DNA of 64,000 nt from Eledone cirrhosa (Eukaryota): assembly GCA_964016885.1 (NCBI GenBank), contig OZ024743.1, positions 78,802,001-78,866,000 of the forward strand. Reading direction: 5' to 3'. Positions 54,495 to 64,000 of this stretch are shown here, one piece after another. A program made the position numbers and the translations under genes. The notes beneath the pieces are model-generated. The model did not search any database, was not told the origin of the DNA, and saw only the letters and a program-made list of their open reading frames with translations. The first letter of the stretch is position 1, and the number at the start of each line of letters is the position of its first letter.

Positions 54495-56165
54495 GAATAG
54501 GTACACTGTATCTCTGTGTGTACAATAGGTACACTGTATCCCGGTGTATATCAGGTTTACAATAGGTACACTGTATCCCGGTGTATATCAGGTTTACAAT
54601 AGGTACACTGTATCCCGGTGTATATCAGGTTTACAATAGGTACACTGTATCCCGGTGTATATCAGGTTTACAATAGGTACACTGTATCCCGGTGTATATC
54701 AGGTTTACAATAGGTACACTGTATCCCTTTGTATATCTAGTTTACAATAGGTACACTGTATCCCTGGGTATACTCAGTTTACAATAGGTACACTGTATCC
54801 GGGTGTATATCAGGTTTACAATAGGTACACTGTATCCCGGTGTATATCAGGTTTACAATAGGTACACTGTATCCCTTTGTATATCTAGTTTACAATAGGT
54901 ACACTGTATCCCTGTGTATATCAGGTTTACAATAGGTACACTGTATCCCTGTGTATAACAGGTTTACAATAGGTACACTGTATCTCTGTATATCTAGTTT
55001 ACAATAGGTACACTGTATCCCTACATCTGGCTTACAATAGGTACACTGTATCCCTGTGTATATCAGGTTTACAATAGGTACACTGTATGCTTGTGTATAT
55101 CTAGTTTACACTAGGTACACTGTATCTCTGTGTTTATCTAGTTTATAATAGGTACACTGTATCCCTGTGTATATCAGGTTTACAATAGGTACACTGTATC
55201 CCTGTGTTTATCTAGTTTACAATAGTAACACTGTATCCCTCTGCATATCAGGTTTACAATAGGTACACTGTATCCCTGTGTATATCAGGTTTACAATAGG
55301 TACACTGTATCCCTGTCTATATCTAGTTTACAATAGGTACACTGTATCCCTGTGTATACCTGGTTTACAACAGTTACACTGTATCCCTGTGTATATCTAG
55401 TTTACAATAGGTACACTGTATCTCTGTCTATATCTAGTTTACAATAGGTAAACTGTACCCCTGTCTATCTGGTTTACAATAGGTACACTGTATCCCTGTT
55501 TGTACCTGGTTTACAATAGGTGCACTGTATCCCTGTGTATATCTAGTTTACAATAGGTACACTGTATCTCTGTATATCTGGTTTACAATAGGTACACTGT
55601 ATCCCTGTGTATATCTAGTTTACAATAGTTACACAGTGACACTGTGTATATCAGGCTTACAATAGGTACACTGTATCCCTGTGTATATCTAGTTTACAAT
55701 AGGTACACTGTATCTCTGTATATCTGGTTTACAATAGGTGCACTGTTTCCCTGTGTATATCTAGTTTACAATAGGTACACTGTATCCCTGTGTATATCTA
55801 GTTTACAATAGGTACACTGTATCCCTGTGTATATCAGGTTTACAATAGGTGCACTGCATCCCAGTGTATATCTAGTTTACAATAGTTACACAGTAACACT
55901 GTGTATATCAGGTTTACAATAGGTACACTGCATCCCTGTGTATATCTAGTTTACAATAGGTACACTGTATCTCTGTATATCTGGTTTACAATAGGTACAC
56001 TGTATCCCTGTATATATCTAGTTTACAATAGATACACTGTATCCCTGTGTATATCTAGTTTACAATAGGTACACTGTATCCCTGTGTATATCAGGTTTAC
56101 CCTAGGTACACTGTATACCTGTGTATATATGGTTTACAATAGATACACTGTATGCCTGTGTTTGT
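54495..56165 (+). repeat. 37-bp minisatellite, roughly 45 copies
   Basis: Unit caataggtacactgtatcccggtgtatatcaggttta; period 37 checked at 54561 to 54598. Confidence 0.95.
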
Positions 56166-56259
56166 ATCCACTTTGGAATAGATATAACGTTGGAGATGGT
56201 ATTAAATCTCACACTCACTCTCCTTACTCGAGTCTCTTTAATATAAAAATATTTACCAG

Positions 56260-56401
56260 TGGCCCCGACTGTTCTATTTGCTATCCTGAAGCAGTGCTGT
56301 ACACTAGTGTTTGTGATTCAAAAAAGAAGTTAAGACTTCATATCACTAGTATTAGCAGCCAAAAGTCTTCAGATCTCTTTTTCAAAATCGAAAATCTTCT
56401 G
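56260..56401 (+). CDS. Candidate Cys-containing exon of the protease gene
   Basis: tttaccag| GPDCSICYPEAVLYTSVCDS...FKIENLL |gtaatt; phase-0 end matches the phase-0 start at 56577. Confidence 0.45.
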
Positions 56402-56576
56402 GTAATTAATCAATGCAGTCTTGAGTAGACTACGCTGATAAGGACGAATAACATTGAAACATGCTGGTAAATAACCCTCTTTCTTGTAAATATATAAGTT
56501 TACTCCAACCATGTAAAGTAATCTTCTGAGATTAATTCCTAATTTCTGTAATATTATAATTTTGTTTTCTTTATAG

Positions 56577-57045
56577 AATGACACGGGTTCAATATTAACG
56601 GCATATTCCAATATGGAGTCTGAAATATTGACAGAAGCAGTGACGGATAACTACTCTAGTCTGACCATACAGGAGGATGAAGGCCACACATTTACCTCTA
56701 CAACACATGATACACCCTTTACTGACTCTATATATTCCGATAATAACAGCACTGACTATTCTATAGTTGATAGCTTCTCTGGCAAAAATGGAAGTTTTAT
56801 CGATGAAATTGTTACAAATGAAACTGACGGTACGGAAGTTTCGAATATTGTGTCACCTCCTAACAAAGATTACTTGACGTCACAGACTGTTGGCTTCCAT
56901 GATTCAACTACAAGTTTTTATTCAACGTTAACAACAACTGAAATAACCCAAGTGAATGACAAAGACAAAACGTCCAATGAGAATTCAACTCAGTTAAAAC
57001 CCCAGTATACAGAAGCAATGAATGAGGATACTTCTCCTATGCCAA
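56577..57045 (+). CDS. Ser/Thr/acidic-rich stalk exon of the serine protease gene
   Basis: Strong acceptor ttttgttttctttatag, open frame NDTGS...SPMP, donor A|gtaagg; phase-1 end fits the phase-1 start at 61799. Confidence 0.72.
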
Positions 57046-57084
57046 GTAAGGAAAAATATTTATATTTATTTAATGAGAGTGAAG

Positions 57085-58545
57085 GTGGATAATTGGCAGA
57101 ATCGCTAGAGCGTTGGTTAGCATGCTTCGTGGAATTCGTTCTGGTTCTCTGAGTTCAAATCCCGCCAAAGTCATCTTTGACTTTCATCCTTTCGGGATCG
57201 AGTCCTGGGTTAATTCTTCTTCTATATAAATCTCTTTTCTCTTTCTCTGGAAGAAATTTGCTGTGTTCAGACCTGGAGAGACGATGGACTTCTCCAGGTT
57301 TAAATGCCCAACATACGCAATATATCTCGACAGCACTCAGATTATTCCATCAGGAGTTTAGAGCACCAGTGACCAACCAAAAGTTAAAAGTTTCCTCTCA
57401 CAATATATTTTTTTCATTAATGGTGACCACGTTCTGAGTTTAAATCCCGCCGATGTTAGCTTTGCCTTTCATCTTTACGAGGTCTATAAATTAAAATACC
57501 AGTAACACACTGGGGTCAATTTAATTGACTTATCCTCTCCCAAAATTGTTTTACTTGTTCCTAAATCAGAAACCATTATTAATGGTTACCTTTGGTGGAT
57601 TGGCAGAATCGTTAGAACGTTGGTGGAAATGTGTTGTGGCATTTCTCCCTGCCCTTTACATTCCCTGTTCCAATCCAACCAGGGTCGATAAAATAAAATA
57701 CTGGCGAAATATTGGGTTGATATAATCGACTTGCCCTCCCCACAAATTTCCGACTCTGTGCCTATATTAGAAATTGAATAATGGTGACCTTACAAAGTTT
57801 ATCTGGTGAATACAGTACGTCAATAATCTCTCAGTGTGTCATGAAGTATTCCATGGACCCGACCAACAATATGGCGGATTAATTACCCCAAAAGATGGCC
57901 AGAAGGATGTGCTGAAAAAACCTGTCCACCTCATGTGAAATAAATAGGGAGGTGGTTTATTTACCCAGGACACTAGATGTTTCCGTCGCTATAGGTTACA
58001 CAAGAAATCTCTCGGTTAAAGATATTCATTTCTTTATTTCTAACATTGGTAATAAGGTCAACAATTTGGGGAAATTGGTTATATCGAACCCACTACTTAA
58101 GACTTTATTTCCTCGAAGGATAAAAGGCAACCTCGACCGCCGTGGGATTTGCACTCAGAACGTAAAAAGTAGCAACTTTATGCCGCAAAGTATCTTTTCC
58201 GACGCTCTACCGATACTGCCAACTGACCGCTCTCTATCGGTTAATAATAATTATTATTATTAGTCGAATCGGTAGAGCATCGGCCTACATGCTTTGTGGC
58301 TGTTAGTTACGACCGTTTACGTTCTGAGTTCAAATCTCGCCGAGGTTAACTTTGTCTTTCATCCTTACGGGGTCGACAAAATAAAGTACCAGTAATACAC
58401 TGGGTCCGATGCAATCGATTTTCAGCTCCCTCAAATGTATCCATATGTGCCTAAATAATAATAATAAAACATTATTATTTCAACGTTTGGCACAAGGCCA
58501 GCAAGTTAAAGAGAAGGAGAAATTCGATTAAATCAACCCCAGTTT
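57085..58545. mobile_element. Intronic cluster of at least five Nin/Deu-like SINE copies (57085-57215 +, 57430-57575 +, 57592-57775 +, 58080-58225 -, 58262-58450 +, fragment ~58485-58545 -)
   Basis: Repeated gagttcaaatcccgcc / tttcatccttacggggtcga / aaagtaccag motifs. Confidence 0.85.
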
Positions 58546-59199
58546 GATATAATCTATTCTATTGGCCACAAGAGTCCAATACATTGATTAAGGGACAATA
58601 CAAGGACAAAAGCAACTTGGAGTGGGGTTTACATGGAATAAAGTGATCTGGAAATGACCGAAGATAAACCAGAACGTTTAACAAAAACAACAATTGTATT
58701 ATCATGGAAACTATCTAAACTATAATAAAGAAAGGGGCGCGGTACTACGTCCAGAATATATTTTTTTATCCAGTTTGTAAAATAAGTTGGATTACTTTGA
58801 ATGAATGAATATTACATAATTTATCTACTAAATTTCGTTATTCTTGATTAAATATAAATAATTTTGTTGCTTATTTTAAGATTCACTTCTTTAAAATTTT
58901 CAAATGTCAACACTCCGTTTAGTGATCGCTTAAATAAACATTCATATATTTCCATCACTAATTTTCTCCTAATGCAGTTTATATGCAATATCGTCTTTTT
59001 TAAATGTATCATGGATTACGTTACTGATTACATAAGACAGTATAACGCTGTCTTAGTTCAATTTCTGTGTATATTGTCAATTACGATTTTATTTGATGTA
59101 TCATATCTAGATGTATATATACCTGCATAAATATACACACTACACATGCTAGCAGAAAAACCACCCGAAGTGTGATTTTCTGCTAGTTTGTTTAATGAT

Positions 59200-61330
59200 G
59201 ACACATATCAACTAGCAACAGTTCAATAATGGGAGGAAGGTGAACTGGGGGGTAATTCCAGCGAGAAACGCCAACAAAATCCCTAGATTGCTCTGTCATC
59301 TCATAGACATCGCAGTGCCCCTCTTCCGGCTTCTTTCTGCCGGTTTAGAAAAGTGTAGTCAGGGTAGACACAGCCTCGCCAGTGTTACCCCTTACACATC
59401 TGTCATAAAACACACTAGAAGGCAGCACCCCCCTCTCTACCTTGACCTTCCAACTCAAGTGTTAATTGCAGAAGTTACTGAGAGCTAGGCCGGAGAGGAA
59501 GGTTCATGCGCTAAAATCTTTTAGACGTGTCCAGCATACAGCTTCGTTCGCCACAGCTACCAGGCAGAGGAAAACTTGCCGCGCTTCCTTTTTAACTGAA
59601 GGTGACAGTTTAATTTTCACTATAGACCCGGCTGGATCTATTCTCCGACCTCATCACCAGCGACAAGTCCCAACTGCTTTGCTAAGAATTTGACCAAAAT
59701 TTTAAACCCTGAATTCAGCAGAGTTATAGGTCGAAAATTATCCAATAAGTCTTCCTTTTAGGCGTCTTTTACCAGCAGCGTTATTACGTCCCCACGGAAT
59801 TGGTAATCCCCCACCCTGCTGCCAGTTGCGGGTCACGTCTGCCAATATGTCCCCAAACAGGTCTGGTATAAACTTGTAAAATTTGTTGGGTAGTTCATCC
59901 AAACCAACTGACTTACGTCTAATGTATCCACCTAACACCTCCCGTATCTTGTTAGTCACGGCAAGTCGACGAGATAGTCTCAAGTCAGTTTCCGTTTATG
60001 ATGAGCCGTCGTTCGTGTCGAACAGTCGAGTATGGTGCTGCACTCATCTGATGTAGACTGAGTAGCACACATCTGATGTGGACTGAGTAGCACACATCTG
60101 TGGACTGAGTAGCACACCTCTGATGTGAACTGAGTAGCACTCATTTGATGTGGACAGCAGCACTCATCTGATGTGGCCTGAGTAGCACTCATATGATGTG
60201 GTCTGAATAGCACTCATCTGATGTTGTCTGAGTAGCACTAACCTGATGTGAACTGAGTAGCACTCATCTGTGGACTGAGTAGCACTCATCTGATGTGGAC
60301 TGAGTAGCACTCATCTGTGGACCGAGTAGCACTCATCCATCTTAGTCAGTCAAAGACCAAATCGTAGCTTTGTTACCAAGTCGCACTTCCGTTATCCGGG
60401 CCTATTGTACAACATTTGTTTCCTAATATCTCAGCGCACGAGCCTTGTCGTCGGTGAAATTGTCTAGGGCTTATTCTCGCTGTCAGCACATCGGTTGGGA
60501 TACCTCTTTTAATTTCGTCTTCTAAATTGCTCTCTATCGCACTATCTAGTCTTTCTTACTGCTAATACTTTACTATACCTTACCGACTCTACTTTAATGG
60601 GTCTCTTTAGAGCTTCCCACCACCAGTTGTTGATGATTACCTCAATCAACTATTGCTAATCCGCGTTCTGTAGGCTTTACGTGCTGGGAAGGACGCGTTT
60701 AGTATTCTGTAGCCGGACCTTTGTCTGTGGATTCTATCTCGGTCAACCGTGCAGATCACGAATGTGCGGTCTGTGTAGTCAACCAGTTTAAATTGTGGAC
60801 ACTTTACTCCATCCTTGTCTGTTGGCCTAATAAATACTATATCTTGGTTCAATCTGGATGACTCACTGTGGTTGCTACCTTAACACGTTTGTGCATATGA
60901 GAAATCCAGTCTGACAGGTGGAAACGTTTGAGTAGATTTGCCAGGTTGTTGTATCCCCTTCTATGGGCTAACCCCACACAATTCCAGATATAGTTGAAAT
61001 CCCCAACTAACACCAGGAAATCGTCGAGGTGTCTAGAGTAATCCTGCCCCAGTAGGGTCGAAATGGTCACTAATGTATTGGCAAAAGAAGATCATCCTAA
61101 CATCGAGATTCAAACTTTTCCGGCACAGTGTTGTCTCCCTACACCCCGAGATGCCACCAGACCCTACACGTTATCATAAAAAAAATAATTCTGGTCTCGC
61201 TGATGGCAACCACATTTATTTCTAGTTACCTGAGATCGTTCCGAAAGTGAATTTGTTGCCATGCCGACCCCGGGATACGCACATTTATACTTGTTACATT
61301 GATTATAGTAATCTTATTGGAAAAAGGGTG
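59200..61330 (-). mobile_element. Heavily decayed Tx1/L1-clade LINE in the protease intron
   Basis: LVGDFN APE motif (~61000), KSVGLDELPNKFY..IPDLFG (KSPGLDGLP-like); 59480-59650 resembles the ORF2 C-terminus at 6280-6480. Confidence 0.7.
60036..60337 (+). repeat. ~25-bp tandem repeat (22-25-bp variants, ~12 copies) inside the LINE
   Basis: Unit tgagtagcactcatctgatgtggac. Confidence 0.92.
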
Positions 61331-61798
61331 AAAGAAAAGAGAGCAAACATTTCACTTTGAGAAGATCGGTTGATCCGGTCTTTTCTTTAGCTGAAAAGGG
61401 CTTCTCAGAGGTTTTTATGTTAAGGTTTAAACTGAATGACCCGAGGTTCTTGGTGAATGTTAATGTTGTTTATTTGTTTCTATGTGGTGGTTGTTCAATA
61501 CCTCCTCCTTCACGTCGCTGTTGATCTTTCTATAACCGGGGAATTGATGTAGGAAGATTGTGTTGGAGATTGTTGCTTTAATTGTTCTTTTTTGGAGGAT
61601 GGTTGGATTGTGGTGAGGGCATTGGTGTTGGTATGGACTTGGTACTAAGTGCTGAGGCCCCCAGATCCCTTGTAGCCGTTAGCTAGAGCCGGTCTCAAGT
61701 GGGGACAATTTTAAATCCCCCATCGCAGTCTCCTTTTGTGTTTGTTTCGTCGCATATAATGATGATTTATACAATTTATGTTTTGAGTTATGTTTTAG

Positions 61799-62012
61799 AT
61801 GCAAATTGTGGTGAAAAACCTTTCCGTCGCCGTCAGAGAAGAAATAAAAGAATTATTGGTGGTACCAGAATATATCCTGGTGACTGGCCTTGGCTGGTGT
61901 CATTACATTTCGACGGACATCACCCTTTTCAAGTAAATTCTGGTTATAAGCATCTCTGTGGAGGTTCTTTAATTCACCAACAGTGGGTCTTGTCAGCTGC
62001 CCACTGTTTCGA
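61799..62012 (+). CDS. Exon of a trypsin-family (S1A) serine protease: activation site to catalytic His
   Basis: ttttag| [50 protein letters not shown] |gtaagt. Confidence 0.95.
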
Positions 62013-62104
62013 GTAAGTGTTTACACCTCATTTTGTTCATAGCAAATCTTCGAATTAAATAAACGAAATGTTATATTTTCATTAAATTCTATTATATAAA
62101 ATTC

Positions 62105-62144
<40 letters not shown>

Positions 62145-62147
62145 ACA

Positions 62148-62272
62148 ACGGCTGATGATATACATGTAGGTAAATATATTCCTTATCTGATATTTTGTAA
62201 CTAACCCTACATAGATCGATAACGAAATATGCGTACGATGTATTATTATCACCTAGAAACGATCGTAAAGCA
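62148..62272 (+). ncRNA. Hammerhead-like motif with very long stem II region
   Basis: CTGATGA at ~62151 and GAAACGATCGTA at ~62256, about 100 nt apart; stem I poor; related to 16455-16565. Confidence 0.4.
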
Positions 62273-62455
62273 GTGAAGTATATTTCTAATGACGATGTTT
62301 TATTTCATTGTTTTAACTTATATCATGACTCTGTTTTCCTTTTGATGTTTTATTGTTTTCCGGGATTTATTTTAACCTACAACATTTTCAACATATGGAT
62401 TACATTGAGTTCTTCATGCGGACTAGACCCCACAACTGACAGTGGATATTTCTAG

Positions 62456-62512
<57 letters not shown>

Positions 62513-62548
62513 CCCGAACATTATAATAAATGTTCGGTAAACCCATAC

Positions 62549-62605
<57 letters not shown>

Positions 62606-62609
<4 letters not shown>

Positions 62610-63100
62610 TCTCAGGAAAATGGGAAAACTCGGCGTATGGAAGCTGTTAGAACACCAAAATACCGTCGAAGTGGCGTTGGATAAAATATTACCTGGAAGG
62701 ACAGAGATCAGTGGCTAAAGGTGAGTTGACTGGAGGGAAGAGAACACTGGAAGGAGGGAAAAGAATGGATATTTGGTTCTCCGTTACGAGCCTCCTATTC
62801 CCCGCAGTAATCTCATTAATTCGTCGAAACTGCTGGAGGTTGGGATCTGACGAGCATATATTAATGTCTGTGACCTTTTGGCTGTCATCCATTCTTTTCC
62901 CTCCCTCCTATCTTCTCTTCCTTCCAGTTAACTCACATCTAGCCACTGATCTCTGTCCTTCCAGGTAATATTTTACCCGACACCGCATTCGACGGTATTT
63001 TGCTGTTCTAACAGTTCCCATACACCGAGTATTCCCTTTTTTCTGAGATTTCTATACATTCGCGTCTCAAAACTCTACTTTCGAGTTAGTTTTTTGTTTA
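62606..63100. mobile_element. Old fold-back element (arms ~62608-62770 / 62887-63050, diverged) plus right tail
   Basis: aatattacctggaaggacagagatcagtggcta is inverted to tagccactgatctctgtccttccaggtaatatt; many mismatches elsewhere; (AT)n flanks. Confidence 0.85.
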
Positions 63101-63161
63101 TATATATGAATGTATGTATAGTATATTTGGCAATATACCGTATGTCACTTACTTATATTTT

Positions 63162-63762
<601 letters not shown>

Positions 63763-64000
63763 TATTCATAAATATAAATGTATAAATATAAATTTAGCGA
63801 GAATCGCATTTCGGCGGGTAGAAATTAGCGAAACGCAACTTCCGTATTGTGTAGACAAACGCTCCATGGATATGAAGATACCAGAACTATAAACATAAGT
63901 TAAAAAGATCATCCAAACTGAGATGATGGTTAAGTAGCCATTAAAGCACCAGAGCCAAAAAAGCGAACAAGCTAAACGGGTCAAACAAAATAAGATATGA

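Noticed and set aside
54495-56165. 37-bp repeats as a CRISPR array
   Set aside because: Units are contiguous with no unique spacers, there are no cas genes and the context is eukaryotic; the same applies to the 25-bp and 75-bp arrays.
57085-58450. SINE heads as tRNA genes
   Set aside because: A/B boxes are present but there is no cloverleaf, and each runs into the shared SINE body.
62815-62880. GAAAC...CTGACGA in the hairpin loop as a permuted hammerhead
   Set aside because: Stems I and II cannot be formed convincingly.

Overview
AT-rich, microsatellite-dense animal genomic DNA, probably an octopod cephalopod (inferred from the recurring Nin/Deu-domain-like tRNA-SINE, the (AT)n density and the LINE repertoire), with one 200-N gap. 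Most of the window is decayed mobile DNA: Tx1/L1-clade, CR1-like, R4/Dong-like, RTE and CRE-like non-LTR elements, at least six Penelope-like (PLE) RT/GIY-YIG fragments, an internally deleted Helitron, SINEs and several minisatellites. Host features are a tRNA-Leu(TAA) cluster inside a 75-bp satellite and exons of a secreted S1 serine protease at 56-62 kb. The main unexplained signal is about 20 type I hammerhead-ribozyme motifs of several sequence families. Many lie in short ORF-less fold-back elements inserted in (AT)n tracts, and most of these elements share an asymmetric build of two inverted arms with an extra tail on one arm. All folds and alignments were read by eye; element boundaries are approximate.
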